In this document: piece after piece, positions 14,122-29,457 of the stretch
Numbering within the stretch: the stretch's first letter is position 1
Layout of the letters: each line of letters opens with the position of its first letter
Assembly (NCBI GenBank): GCA_964016885.1
Contig: OZ024745.1
Location: 55,552,001 to 55,616,000 of the forward strand
Direction of reading: 5' to 3'
Source of the DNA: Eledone cirrhosa
Taxonomy: Eukaryota
Length of the DNA: 64,000 nt
Notes under the pieces: generated by a model
Told to the model about the DNA's origin: nothing
Seen by the model: the letters and a program-made list of their open reading frames with translations, nothing else
Databases searched by the model: none
Program-made: the position numbers and the translations under genes

Positions 14122-14314
14122 AATAATCGTTTCTACTGTTGGCACAAGGCCAGCAATTACCCAGTGCATTACTGGTGCTTTATTTTATCGACCCCGTAAG
14201 GATGAAAGGCAAAGTTAACCTCGGCGGGATTTGAACTCAGAATGGCAAGGACCGTAACTCTATGCGTCAAAGCATGGCTTCCGACCCTCTACCGATACTG
14301 CTAATCAACCGTCC
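14122..14314 (-). mobile_element. tRNA-derived SINE
   Basis: A-box-like TAGCAGTATCGG and B-box GAGTTCAAATCC on the minus strand. Near-identical to the other copies. Confidence 0.9.
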
Positions 14315-15699
14315 ATCAGTTTAATACAATTTATTCTATCTGCAATAGCCGAATTTCCTGTTTAATTACACATGGGATATTTTTAAATATTCACTATTGT
14401 ACAAAAACTGATTGTATGCCTTGTGTTTAATCGGTAAATCTGTCTTTAACATAAAGCGATGACCTTAGGATGTAGGTAATAAGTAACTTACTCAACCCCC
14501 TTTTATAACACTCAGTCTTGCATTTCCACTGAAACAGAAAATTGTTTCTGATAACCAATGTTTGATAACTCAAACATTGGTTTAGAATATGTGAATATGC
14601 ATAGCATTTTGCATGACCTATAAGAATGTGCTCCTCCATTTATAACATGGTATTTATTTTATGAATTTCTTAATAATGTATGTTTCCCTAATTACATGCT
14701 TTTATGGATACGCTTTTGAAAGCGTAGAACACAAAATATTCTATTTTTTTAGTACTTTCCTTATTGGAAACATCCGCACGGCTATGCATTCATTAGAGTA
14801 TATTTTAGGTTCATGGTTGTAATTAGACTTAGAAAGAAAGAATGAAGGCATCATTTTATCATGCTTTCCAATTTCATGTTAATAATGAATAATATCAATG
14901 TCGATAATTTTATGCATATTCTACATCATGATAATATAATTTCAACAAATTGCATTTGCATTCAAAAACCATATTTTCATCGAGATAATAGTAGTGTACA
15001 ATTTTGAAAATGTATCCATGACAAATATATTTTACTAAGAAAGTTGTGAATAATTATAACCGGAGGGGTACATGAATGGGTACATTCTTACATTTAACAA
15101 ATAGAAATATGCTGAAATACAACAATGTATTTTTAACGTATTAGGTACTAACTGAAAATATGCAAGAATAATATAGTATATCTATAGTAAACCATTTAAA
15201 TGATTCCCTATATTATATTCAGCAATGATATTACAGGAAATAGGCGCTACTTTAGAAAATATCTTAGTGTATGTGTGTATGTGTGTGTTTGTGTGTGTAT
15301 GGGGGTGGGGGTGCGTCTCCCATAAGCTGCTGCTTCATTTGTTAGCGGCTACATATCAAATGGATTTTCATTTTCTGAAGCTCTTGATAAGAACGTTTCT
15401 TTTAAACCCTCATATATTGTGCACGTCATTCGGACAAAATTATACCATCACAAGCATTAAATTGTGTTCATAAAAATTATCAAGAAAAACAAAAAATATT
15501 AAAACCAACATTTTATGATATGAAGTGATAACAAATTTATGTGCGAGGGTTAAGTATCAAATTATAACTGTTTGAAATTTAAATAATTTTTTTTAATAGT
15601 TCGCGTCAAAATTTGCTAGTCTCTGCTCGGGTATTAGAATGATGAATGAAGGCTGGATTCTGCATTTTTCTGGTTGAAAACCAGAGCTAACTTCAATAG

Positions 15700-15857
15700 C
15701 ATTATTATGTTAACAGTATCTGTAGGGCGTCGGACAACATGTTTTGCAGCAGATTGTTACGGTTCTACTCTTTCTGAGCTCAAATTCCACCTGGGGTCGA
15801 TTTAATCGACTTTGCCCTCCCCAAACTAGTTGGCCTAAATCACAGACCATTATTATG
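15700..15857 (+). mobile_element. tRNA-derived SINE, diverged and deleted
   Basis: CAGTATC.GTAGGGCGTCGGAC..GAGCTCAAATTCC..CTGGGGTCGATTTAATCGAC. Confidence 0.7.
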
Positions 15858-17189
15858 AACTACAAAATTTATGTTTGTAAAAAATAAGAGGCAAACTTCG
15901 ACTATGGACTATTACGGGTCTATCTCTGCTAAACATACATTGGAAAGATAATTCTGCAAGAACACTGTATTACACACGCACACACACACACCCATACACA
16001 CATACACACACGTGCACACACATGTAACACCCTAATACACAAATACATCCCTCACGCTATCACTGCTCCTTTCTATTTGTATTTCTCTTTCGCATTTGGC
16101 TCGATCGATCAGGAGGCGAAGAAAGCTTTTTTGGAAAAAGACATGAGCGACTGGTTAAAAAGAACCCCCACAGGAAATCTGTCAACAGATGTTTGTTTGT
16201 GCATACCTAATCAGTCCTACGAACCAGTGTCATAAATCTGGCTACGGTCTCAGAGAAAACCAATGCTAATAGATCACATATCTTGCCTCTTTTAATAGAT
16301 AACTGCCTCCTAATAAAGAATTATGCTAAAATAACAAGCGACGTCTTAAGGTTTCTAAATTCATCGCATTTAGCGATATTATACATATTAAAACTATAGT
16401 ATCTCCCCTCAAAGGTACTGCCTGGTAAAATTGGATAATATATCTCTGCGAAATTCACTATCTATCATTCTAAGGATTAAAAGTTACGACTTTTTCTATT
16501 TTAACTTGAAGGAAACCATTTTTCATATTTCTAATAAAATATAGTGGAAATTTAGGGTAAATTCGAAGTATTTTCAGATGGCTTGCTTTGTATTTTATGC
16601 TGTCATTTCCAACTTTCGCTGTATAGATATTTGTATGTGAGTGTGTGTGCGCATGCGCAAATGTGTGCATTTACATTTATATATACATGGATACATACGT
16701 GCATACATACAATGAATCTGCAAAGTTCATCAGAAATGAACTACGATTGCTTCATTAACAAGAACACGTACATAGTTTCCTCTTTCGTTCGGGTTCTTTT
16801 CTTCTTCCATCAAACCTGAATAAAATTACGTTAACAATTGTGAAGCGAATTTAAGGGACCACGACCATTTCCATATGCTGCAGCAGGAGTAAATACTAGA
16901 GGATTAACATTTATAGATGAAACTTTGACAAGCAATTTCAATGAATATTCTATTTAATACTTAGTGCCCAGAATATTAGACACTCTAGTATGTTAACTAC
17001 CTTTCAAATGAAATGTGAACATGCAATATAGATTTAAATATATTTAAACAAAAATATTGCAATTTAAAAGATCTGTTATTAGTAAACATAGGAAAAAGGT
17101 AAGTGTGTAATTAAAAAGGCATCCTCCTCTAAATACAATTAAAGAGAGATACGTTGCACTGAGATACGATGTTATATAGCATGAAAAGT

Positions 17190-17712
17190 TTATATAACCG
17201 GTAAATGTTATGTCGCCGTTAGCATGTGTGTGTGTGTGTGTGTATTACCGTCAATACACACGTGTGTGTGTGCGTGTTTCAATGAGTTTTCGTTAACAAT
17301 GACGAGAGTACAATCGCGCCAGAAACAATTCAATTTCTCATTCTTAACTGCTAGGGACGTTCACAGGTTCATTAAGTACTTTCAGTAGGGAATAACAAAA
17401 TTAGGGATTGAACCCAAAACCACGACATAAACAGGCACCAACAAACGTTTTCTTTGTCCTGTCAAAAAGTGATTGATCCTATCCCTTTCACCTACGACCT
17501 CAGTTAGGTCAGGCGAAAGTCAAATAGACAGGGGATCACCTATGTAGGTACAAACCATGCTGCGGTATGTCTATTTTTCTAGCTGCAACCAGATTATATA
17601 TACCGTAGTTAACAGAAACCATGACACACCAGGCCTGCAAACCAAACGAGATGGAATATTCATTATAATACATCAGTTCCTCAGTCCCGAGCAACGCCGA
17701 ACACTTCTGCTA

Positions 17713-17713
<1 letters not shown>
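17190..17713 (+). mobile_element. Probable non-autonomous Helitron (3' end clear, 5' end uncertain)
   Basis: Ends CCCGAGCAACGCCGAACACTTCTG-CTAG|T, a Helitron-type subterminal hairpin plus CTAG. Confidence 0.45.
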
Positions 17714-17748
<35 letters not shown>

Positions 17749-17896
17749 TTTCTCATTCCTTGTATTTTGATCATGCTTTATTTTTATTTTATATTTTTTA
17801 TCTTTATTTGGTTTTTTTCATTCGCACCGTTTCCTTTCGCTATATGTCTCTCCACCACTCCCCTACACACCTTTTGAACTCTGTTCTCACACACTT

Positions 17897-17936
17897 CTCA
17901 CCTGAGGAAGGGCTTATGCCCGAAACGTCGTCCCCC
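17897..17936 (+). ncRNA. Hammerhead core motif (family C; stem I not evident)
   Basis: CTGAGGA-AGGGC-TTAT-GCCC-GAAA-CGTCG-TC. Stem II covaries with the 12412 copy (GGAC/GTCC vs GGGC/GCCC). Confidence 0.6.
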
Positions 17937-19262
17937 ACCTACCCCCACTCTCCTGAGCGTGAAATTAATAAACATTTATTGTACTGCCTCTCTGTTTTGT
18001 CCCTGTTCAAAAAAAATGTTCCATTATATATATATATATATATTATATAAATATATATATATATACATATATATGTTATGCAATTATTTACCTACTTTGT
18101 TAAATATACAGAAACACAAATAGAGACATACCTCAGAGAGATTATTTTTGCCCTTAATATTATAAACAGTGATATGGTATAACCCAGTGATGTAGTATAA
18201 TGCAGTATATATATTTTTAGTACTTTATTAGCTATTATGTTATGTTCCACAGAGATTCTTCTTCTTCTTTTCAAGTGTGATCATTAACATCTTTCAGCAT
18301 ATAAAAGCGATGTGTATGCCATTTGGGCTTCATACGCTGATTCAACGATGGCGATCTAAACAATACTGCTTTTCCTCCGAGAGTTTTTTTTTTTTCGTTC
18401 ATGCTACTGCTCACACTCCAGTATCTTTCTATTTCTTTATTAATTTCTCATTCTTTTTCTTAATGAAAGACTACCGTCCGAAATGTTCACAGAGTTTTTC
18501 TTCTATATTTCAACATTGTCCTGTGTCCTTTGATTTGTTATTTCTGTTTACATTTTGTACACACACACAGACACAGACACACACACACACACACTCACAC
18601 AGTCGCACACATACGCACATACATACATACAGGCACACAAACATACACCTCCCCTCCCCCATATATATATATATGTATGTATATATATACATCTCGTATT
18701 GTATCACCTTTTAAAAAGTTTGGATGATCATGCCGTTGTATATATTTATGCTTATTTCTATTTATTTGCATATATATTTAAATGAAATGTAGGTTAATAG
18801 GCCTAAAATGTTTGCTTCCTTAATAATTCAAATAATCCCCAAACGGATTACCTATGTCAACATGATTGATTAACAGCTCAGCTAAATTCGTGTTTCTTTT
18901 TCGATATTTCTCCAATTAGAATATACACGCGATGGAAAAATATTTCACTCATACCTTAAATAAAATATTATGTACAAACTTTTCTGCATAAAGAAAGAAA
19001 CGAAAACACTTCAGCATCAATTATTAAAACAAGCTTGTTGTGTTATTAAACATTCCGTTCTATATTACCTTAAATATATGACGGTTTTTATCAGTTAAAA
19101 ATCTCGGTTCGAAATACAAAGTTAGGAAAACTATGCTGCAAACTGAGTTATTTCCCATTGATACAGAAATCCAGAATTTACAGTTGCTATCTGTACATCT
19201 CTCTACCTATGTATCTATCAATCTCTCTATCTATCTACCATACACTCTCTCTCTCTCTCTCT

Positions 19263-19317
<55 letters not shown>

Positions 19318-19905
19318 GGATATATATACATGTGTGTGTGTGTATGTGTGTGTGTATGTGTGTCTGTGTGTGTGTGTGACTTGGTGTGCACATGTGTGTC
19401 TGGGTGTCTCTATTTGTTCGTAAGAATTTTATCTTATTTAGAAATAGATAGGTGCAAAAGTAAAATAAAGAAAATTGTTTAAAAAACTATCATAACGTGA
19501 AATCAATGGACATTTTAAAACCCACTTTTAGCACGAGATCTGCGAATTTATCATAAATGTTCGCAGGCGAATTTAATTTATAAAATTGTTATTTTATATC
19601 AATAAAAAAATATCTTCGGTAAGACTGCTAACGGAGAAATTGAATAATGTTAGTTTCCCATTGACTAATATATATTTAATTCAGATATTGAATGGTGAAC
19701 TGGTTTGGCTATCGTACATATTAATCTACGACCGTGGTGAAGTGATCAATGAAATATAGATATTCAACCATAAAATAAAGTAGATAGACATACTAACTGT
19801 ATACCCACTACCATCGTTTTATAAAAAAGAAATAATATAATAAAATTAAAATAATATAACATATATACACGTTATATATATATACATATGTTATATTATT
19901 TTCTA

Positions 19906-20595
<690 letters not shown>

Positions 20596-20904
20596 CATTA
20601 TATCGCAGTCATATTAGTACACATCATCAAAAGGTTTTATTTGATGAAAATGACCCCAGAAACTGTTTTAATGTTGATTATTCTTTGTGAGCAAATAAAT
20701 AGATGGCGTACGTAAACACAGACAGGGAAATATACTTATGCACTATAAATCATTTACTCATTCACTATTAGAACCTATAGTCCACTCTACTGATATAAAA
20801 TTTAAGAAGGTCCATTAAGAGCAGTAGCATAATTCAAGGGTAAGATATAGTCTAGACAAATGTATCCACATTATGGATTATATAGGTGCAATGACATAAG
20901 AACT

Positions 20905-22203
20905 TGGATGATGGACTTTATCGAGCCATAAAAGTGGTCACGACTTCGACCGGTTGAAAAAAGACTTAGCTTCTACCTTCAATGAGTTAGGATAACAGTA
21001 GCTACCAATGTCTCTAGCGTAGATTTCTTAGACATTAATTTAGACCTTCGCTCACACACCTACAGACCCTTCCATACGCTTAACGAAAAACTCAATTACA
21101 TTCACAAGGACTCATGCCACCCTCCTACTGTTTATAGAAACTTCGTAAATAATATCAATACTAGAATCTCAAACCTTTCTTCTAATAAGGCTATCTTAAA
21201 CAGAGCGGCGCCCTACTATAACACGGCGTTAGCTAACAGCGGCTTCTCGCAACCTATCACTTATTCTCCCACTAACAAAAACAGCAATAAGAAAATAAAG
21301 CGTAACAATAGACAAACTATCTTGTTCTCTCCTCCCTTCTCACTCAACATTAAAACCAATGTAGGCAAAATAATTCTAGCCCTCTTAGATAGACACTTTC
21401 CCATAGGTCATAAATACCGCTCCATCTTTAACCGATGCACAGTAAAACTAGGATACTCCTGCGCTAAGTACATGAAGGCCCACATCACCAACAGCTCTAA
21501 GAGCAACAACCCACCAGGATGCTCTTGCCGTAAGCTCGAAGCTTGTCCCCTTCAACAGCAATGCAACACACCCGCTGTAGTTTATGAAGCTGTGGTCACT
21601 TCCAACCGACCAAATCAACGACAGGAGGTCAAATCCTATGTGGGTATGGCGGAGGGCCAACTTAAAGAACGCTTCCTGAACAACCAGTTGACCTTTAGTT
21701 ACCCAGACAGACGTTCATCCACGAAACTCGCGAGCCCCGTACGGTCCCTCAAGGACTCATGTATAGACTACTCCATTCAATGGAAAGCCATCACTAAGTC
21801 CAAGCCATACGCAAGGGGCAATCCGTCGTGTGCACTATGTATTGGTGAACGAATAAATATTCTAAAGAGATTACGCAATACGATTGCTTAAATTCAAGAA
21901 ATGAATTCTTCAGACGTTGTCAACACGTCTCGAAACACCTCTTACGTAACTACAAAGGTCCGGATTAAGTTACACCATCCTAATTTTCTTATCAACTAGA
22001 AATTTTCGGACATTTGCAGTTATTTCCCTTACACCTCTCGCGCGCAATTTCGTATTGCCTTAGGGAAATTACCGTTTCTGCGCATGCGCATTCGTACGGT
22101 TGTCCTTCCTGTTCTGTATAACCATATCCATTACGAGCTGAGGATCCGCCAAGGTGAAACAATTGTTCTCGGCATGGTGAACTAACTGTTGTGTAACCAC
22201 TTT
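20905..22203 (+). mobile_element. PLE 3' part: RT end + GIY-YIG + pLTR (family E)
   Basis: DDGL, DFLDINLDL, FSPPFSLNIKTNVGK, CSCRKLEACPL..VVY..SYVG..RF, CALCIGE. Paralog of 51072-52639. Ends at (TA)n. Confidence 0.9.
22134..22171 (+). ncRNA. Minimal type I hammerhead ribozyme (family E)
   Basis: CGAG-CTGAGGA-TCCGCCAAGGT-GAAA-CAATTG-TT-CTCG. Perfect stem I, palindromic stem III. Confidence 0.85.
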
Positions 22204-22205
22204 TA

Positions 22206-22239
<34 letters not shown>

Positions 22240-22311
22240 CAAATATAAATTTAGCGAGAATCATTATATATATATATATATATATATACAAATATAAATT
22301 TAGCGAGAATC

Positions 22312-22357
<46 letters not shown>

Positions 22358-22974
22358 TATATAGATATATAGATATATATATATATATTGGTAAACGAAA
22401 AAGAAAATGCTGACAAATTGTTCCCAGTGAAAAATAGTTTAATTAGGAATAAGTAAAAATTAGTAATAGTATTGGTTAGTATTCAGTTTTGGTTTTAAGT
22501 TTACCGGTTGCGCATTTCTAATGCTTTTCAAAAATAATTTTGAGATAGAGCGCCCGTGATGTTTGCTCTAATCTGATTAGTTTTGGAAATTCTACCTCTT
22601 TTATGTGAAAAAAGTGTCTCCAGATGTATTAAAATAAGTTTCGCGCCAATTCGTGTTGCAAAAATTCTTGTGGTTAAAACAATTTAATTGATCGGTAGAG
22701 GTCATGTGAATGTTAAAAATTGATTTTGCGCCAAATGTAGGTTTGTGTCGGCTGATTGAGAAGTCACTGAAAAATAATTCTTTCAAAACAAATATGTGTG
22801 TGTGTGTGTAGTAGTAGTAGTAACGAGGTTCGTTGTTGTGATAATGGTCAGCAGGGATGTGTGTGCGAACCGTAGCCTGTTGACAGTTCAAATGCCTATT
22901 AAGACAAGTGTGTGTATATATATATATGTATATATATATATTAGAAAATGTGTGAGATCCTTGGTACAGTTAGG

Positions 22975-23118
22975 TATATTTGAAAAAAAGGAAAAGAATG
23001 ACTTCACTTGTAGTGTTAAAAAAATTTTGATTTAATTTTATATTATAATATTATAAAATTAAATCAAAATTTTTTAACACTACAAGTGAAGTCATTCTTT
23101 TGCTTTTTTTCAAATATA
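22975..23118. repeat. Near-perfect palindrome with about 70-bp arms
   Basis: AAAAGAATGACTTCACTTGTAGTGTTAAAAA..TTTTTAACACTACAAGTGAAGTCATTCTTTT, centred near 23046. Confidence 0.9.
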
Positions 23119-23128
23119 TATATATATT

Positions 23129-23165
<37 letters not shown>

Positions 23166-23549
23166 GTGTGTGTGTGTGTGTGTGCATGCATTGCCGAAAA
23201 GTCGGATAGCTAGACAAAGTAATTTGTATCAGTTTCCCCCATCCATATAACGTTCTCTATGAAAGTTGGCTAATATGAGTTCCCCGTCATTTGACAGCTT
23301 TTGTTTTCCTCAAGAAGGTTGATCAAAATTAACCTTCACCAAGCAATCTTGGTATTGTTGCAAGTTCAGGCACCGACGAGCCGATCATGCGGAAAGTTAT
23401 ACCTGGTTTTATGTTACCAGTCACGTTCGTGGGAGACTAGGTATATCAGGCTCCACATTAAAAGAACAAAAATACTTTATTGGATGGGCGTTCATTCTCT
23501 TGAGTTCCTCCGTCTTTCGATCGTTTTTTTTTTTTTTTTTTTTAATTAC

Positions 23550-23680
23550 AAGGTGTCCGAAATCACCCTTCTCACCAAGCCAGCTCAATTGGGTTGCCAG
23601 TTTAGTCACTGACGACCCGTCCATGTATGTAAAGATTCTACTAAATTATATGTTACCAGTGGCGCTGAAGAGCGACCATA
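23550..23680 (+). repeat. Dispersed repeat, 3' part homologous to 56895-57020
   Basis: Shared TCACCA..GGGTTGCCAGTTTAGTC..GACCCG.CCATG..ATGTTACCAGT.GC..GACC, followed by TA-rich sequence. Confidence 0.7.
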
Positions 23681-24183
23681 TATACATATATATTTATGGT
23701 GTTTTTTTTTATTTCACATATGTTTATATATTTGAGTATGTATATTCGTTTTATTCAGAAGATATAAATATTGTTTTAGAAACTTAGTTTCTGGTAATTC
23801 TGGCTCTTCTTATGTGTATGATCAAATAGAAATTTAAGAATCAGAATATTAAAGCAGTTCATATCTGTTTGTTTTCCTTTATATGTTTTACTACGATTTC
23901 AAACCGCACCTGGTATTCGATGAAAATGAAAACAATAAAAGTAGTGTATTTTTGTTAAGATTTTGTCATGATTCCATTAATAACTTCGTGAGAACGTTTT
24001 GGATTCGACATTGATTTAAAATGAATTATGCGTTTGTACTTTTTAAAGTAGCCTCATATCTTAAGATGCTTGGGTCTGTGCAGGGTTTGTAAAAATATCA
24101 ATTACAATTACATAATTTGCGTATCTACAATTATAAACTATATATATATATATAGTTATGTAATAAACAACATAAGGCAATTA

Positions 24184-24244
24184 TTTTATTTACCAGTGGT
24201 ATCTTGAAAGCAAACAAATTTTGCTTTCAATCATCAGAATGAAA
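24184..24244 (-). ncRNA. Hammerhead motif (family H), likely inactive (GATA for GAAA)
   Basis: TTTCATT-CTGATGA-TTGAAAGCA..TGCTTTCAA-GATA-CCACTGG-TA-AATAAAA. Paralog of 53915-53977. Confidence 0.65.
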
Positions 24245-24321
24245 AAATCCTGGTGTATATATATGTATATATATATATGTATATATATATATGTATATAT
24301 ATATATGTATATATATATATA

Positions 24322-24682
<361 letters not shown>

Positions 24683-24699
24683 TATATATATATATAAAT

Positions 24700-25053
24700 A
24701 CAATATTAAATAAATGGAAAACTATATTTATAAAACCATATCTATTTCATTATATATATTTCGGGGATATCATATTAACAATATGCTATGCCTTCATCAG
24801 ACAAAATACAATATAAACAGTTTTATAGATAAATATATTCGACATACCGTAATAAACATCAACTTCATTTGAAGAGGTTTACGCTAGCATGATATATATA
24901 TATCATGAACATACTGGTAGCTCTAGCGAAACTATTTGCGTAGTGGGCGTAGCTGAATGGACTGTAAATATACTCCAAATATTTGTCGAGTGCTTTTATA
25001 TCAGTTATAAATATTTACTAGTTGTAACCCAACAATTTTAAATATAACTTTAC
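24700..25053. mobile_element. Family B solo pLTR pieces (inverted HHR part 24705-24850, tail 24968-25053)
   Basis: Homology to 4651-4800 and to 8045-8133. Confidence 0.8.
24743..24808 (-). ncRNA. Type I hammerhead ribozyme (family B)
   Basis: TATTTTGT-CTGATGA-AGGCATAGCATATT..AATATGATATCCCC-GAAA-TATATA-TA-ATGAAATA. Confidence 0.75.
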
Positions 25054-25224
<171 letters not shown>

Positions 25225-25231
25225 TATATAT

Positions 25232-25311
<80 letters not shown>

Positions 25312-25349
25312 TGAACATACTGGTAGCTCTAGCGAAACTATTTGCGTAG

Positions 25350-25475
25350 TGGGCGTAGCTGAATGGACTGAAAATATATATTTTCCTTTTCGGTCAAAAT
25401 GTAACACACTGCGATTGATTTAGTCGATTTTCGACTCCCCAAAACTGGTTGGCCCTTTACTTCAGAAACCATTTA
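25350..25475 (+). mobile_element. Diverged SINE relic
   Basis: GGCGTAGCTGAATGG head and GATTTAGTCGA..CCCCAAAACTGGTTGGCC..AGAAACCATT tail, like 15790-15857. Confidence 0.5.
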
Positions 25476-26169
25476 TATATGGGTTTCCTAGTAATTAAAC
25501 TCGAGTTTGTCCCCTTGTCTTGTGGCAACTATTTCTCTGCTTACTATCCATAACCATTAATTCTAATGAGCTATTTTCCTTTAATTTCCCATTTATTTAT
25601 TTTCTTGTGTTATTGTATATGAAACATCACATTTTATTGCACTTTATTTCTTTGCAAAGCAGCGAATTGACAGAGTTTTTAGAATGTCGGATAGAATGCA
25701 TGGTGGTATACATTCCAGATGAAGGTCAAATTTGCCTTTCATTTAATGTATCAGTCTAGACATTTAAGTCGATTCTTCCTCTATATCTCATACTTAATTC
25801 CTTTCTGTCGCTCTCTATACCTCTCTCGAAAACAATCTGCTGCACTTAGTCTTGAACAGGAGAGAGGATCCGCTAGGTTTATAAATCTACCCCTAGAAAT
25901 GCTGTATGTCAAATATTCTGCACCTAAAACACTACCAGCTGTTACAGATTCATACATTTAACTGCAACCATCACATCGTATTCAGGGTGGGAAGCATTTC
26001 TGAATGGGGATGGGAGGACAATTTGGTCAATTTAGTTGTAGTGATTATTAGTTTAGCTCTTTGTACTCTAAAATGAACATGAAACTTCGAGATGCCATAA
26101 ACATAAAATGTACATCAATTGTTGCGCATATCTAAATAGCTGTGCTTTTGATAATTTGGGGAGAAACAC

Positions 26170-28365
26170 ACACTACTACACGGAACTCTCTTCCAATACA
26201 CCTTTATTAATTAACACCAAACTCTCCTCCCTCTCTATATCTAATAAATGGAACTCTGTTCTAATCCCCTCTCTATATCAATTAACACCAAATTCTCGAG
26301 CTCTGTATATCTACTACACAGATCTCTCTTCCAACACACATCCCTATATCAATTTACACCAAAGTCTCCCATTCATCATATCTACTACACGAAATCTCTC
26401 CCAAACCCCCTCTATATACAAATTACCACCAAACTTCGCCCCTCTCTATATCTACCTTAAAATGTCATTCCCTCTCACTCTATCATCATCACCAAAGTAT
26501 CCTCCTCTCTATATCTAGCAATATCAATCTCTATCAATCCCCTCACTTTATCCATTACCACCAAACTCCCCCTCTCTACATCAACCATATACCACTCTCT
26601 CCAATACCCCTCTCTATATCTACTACACGGAACTTTATTCCAATCATCCTCTTTATATCAACACTAAACTCTCCCTCTCTATATATCTAAATCGGTTCTC
26701 TCTAAATCAACTAACATCAAACTTTCCCACTCTCTACACGAAACTTTATCCCAACCTTCCTCTCTATATCAATTACCACCAAACTATACCCCTCCGGATA
26801 TCTACTATACAGCACTCTCTCTCACTCGCTCTCACTCTATCCATCACTACCAATCTCTCCCCCGCTCCATACCTATATCTATTAAATCTTTCACACTATT
26901 CCTTGTGAACAAAATACCCCTCTTTACATCAACCATATAGAACTCTCTCCCAACACCCCACTCTATATCTACTACACGGAACTCTCTCCCAATCCCCCTT
27001 TATATATCAAGTAACACCCTACTCCCCACTATCTATATCCACTACACGGAACTCTCTTCCATTCCCACTTTATATATCAATTAACATCAAACTCTCCTCA
27101 CCTGTATATCTACTACACGGAACTTGTGCCAGTACCCCTCTCTCAATTAATTAACACAAAACTCTCCTTTTCTCTATTTTTTGTATACAACTCAGTTTCC
27201 GAACCCCCATCTATATATAAATTAACACCAAACTCTACCCCTCTCTATATCTACTACACGGAACGCTCTTCCAATCCCATTCTCTATATCAATTGAGACC
27301 AAACACTCCCACACTGTATATCTTCTACACGGTACTCTCTTCCAACTGCCGTCTCTATGTCAATTAGCACCAATATCTCCCCCTTTTCCAGTACTCCTCT
27401 ATATATCAATTAACACCAAACGCTCCTCTCTATATACATCTACTACACGAAACTCTATTCACATCCTCCTCTCTAAATACATTGCCACAAATTGTATCCC
27501 TCACTCTATATCTACCATACATCACTCTCTCTCTCTCATTCCCTCTTACTCTATCCATCACTACCAAAATCTCCACCTCTCTATATCTATCAATACCTAT
27601 CTCTATCAATCCGCTTACTCTATCTATTACCAACAAACTCCCCCGTTTCTACATCAACCATACAACAATTTCTCCCAATCCCTCTCTCCATATCTACTAC
27701 ATGGAACTCTTTTCAAATCCCCCTCTATATAGGAAGTAATACCAAACTCTCTGCCTCTCTATATCTACTACAGGGAACTCTCTCCTATCCTCCTCTCTAT
27801 ATCCATTACCACCAAACTATCCACTTCTTTATATAGATCATACAACACGATCTCTCATTCCCTGTCACTCTATCCTTCACTACACATATCTCCCACTCTC
27901 TTTTTGTAACATTAATTATCTCTATCACCTTTCACTCTATTCATTACCACCAGACTTTTCCCCTCTCTACATCAACCATAAAATACTCTCTTCCAATCCC
28001 CCTCTCGACAGGAATTAACACCAAGTCCCCCCCCCCCTATTTATATTTCCTAAACGGAACCTTCTTCGAATACCCCTCTCTATCTGAATTAATATCAAAC
28101 TGCCCCTCTCTATATCTACCATACGGAACACTCTTCCAATCCCCCTCTATATATATCAATTACCCCCAACTCTCCCCTTCTCTATATATACTACACGGAA
28201 CTCTATTCAAATCCCCTCTTTATACAAATAAGCATCAATCTCTCCCCCCTCTCTATATTAATATGCAACACACTTTCCCAACCCTTCTCTCTATATCAAT
28301 TACCACCAAACTCTCCCTCTCTCTCTCTCTATTTATATCTATCTCTCCCATCTATCTCTACTTAT
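26170..28365. repeat. Pyrimidine-rich minisatellite, about 70-bp unit with about 350-bp higher-order structure
   Basis: ACTACACGGAAC recurs at 26971, 27041, 27112 and 27253. TACATCAACCATA recurs at 26577, 26925, 27650 and 27968. Confidence 0.9.
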
Positions 28366-29457
28366 CATGTACATAATTAGTAGCTCATATAAAAAGAGAT
28401 GTGTTTTATGCTGGTTTGGGGAAAATATAACTATTCGGGGGGCATGCCTCCCCGCTCCTAACCCCGCCCATTTCCAATGCCCTTGGTATTTATTTATATT
28501 TCGTAATACTTGTATTTTCAGGCTTTTGTATCAAGAACTAACAAGCAAAATATAAGATTGTATCCACTTTGTGAGGAAATGGAGTTATCATTCTCAGTAT
28601 TTATTCTGAAACGATATGTAAGGCTTATTTCACATTACCCATTAAATCCACAAATACTAATACATTCACAGTTTTGGTCTGTTTACACGAAATTACCTGA
28701 AAACAGATTGTAATTGTAAGAGATTTAGTTCCTAACATTGAAAGCTTAGTCACAGACACATTCTTCTTTATAATCTATTCTATGTCGCTTTTCTCTGTCA
28801 TTTAGAAACCCCTTTCGTTTACAAATATCTATTTTCATTCTTTATATGTGATCATATATTCTGTGAATAGAAGACTGCAGAGAATAATAACATTGCTGAA
28901 GTCTATCTCCAACTTTCCCAGGAATTGAGAAACAAGTGATATGAGAAATGAGAAAAAATTCCATATGTACAGAATTTGTACAGAATTTGTTTAACGCTGG
29001 GAAAAAATATTTATCTTAATAAAGTTTCCAATATCGAAAATGTATTCCAATTAGATTTCCAGTAAATCTTTTTCCTATTCAATATAAGTAAATAGAGCAT
29101 CCTTTAACATTATATTGCGTTTAATGAAATAACTTCAAGCATATATTTATTCAAATAATACTGTTTTATTTGCCTTATTTATTTCGTCCTCGTGATTATA
29201 TTGTAAAAATATTGATATATTTTTCAAATGTTGCAATAGTCAACAATATTTTTATTCATGCATTTCTATGTTGATTGTGATGCATTTCCAACCATGGGTG
29301 GTATTTCATATTCCCTGGTTCCATGTTTTGTAATGGTATACTAGCTCTATATTCATGTAATACGTTAAACATTATATATATTCATCAACAGATTTTCTTG
29401 TCTACAACATGAATCAGGAAAAATACCTTACTTTCGGCTTCCACTTTACTGTGAGTA

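Noticed and set aside
26170-28365. CRISPR-like regular repeats
   Set aside because: The intervening sequences are themselves repeated, there are no unique spacers or cas genes, and the context is eukaryotic.
28870-28940. KTAENNNIAEVYLQLSQELRNK resembling a small-GTPase C-terminus
   Set aside because: Too short, with a weak acceptor and no G1-G4 motif exons found.
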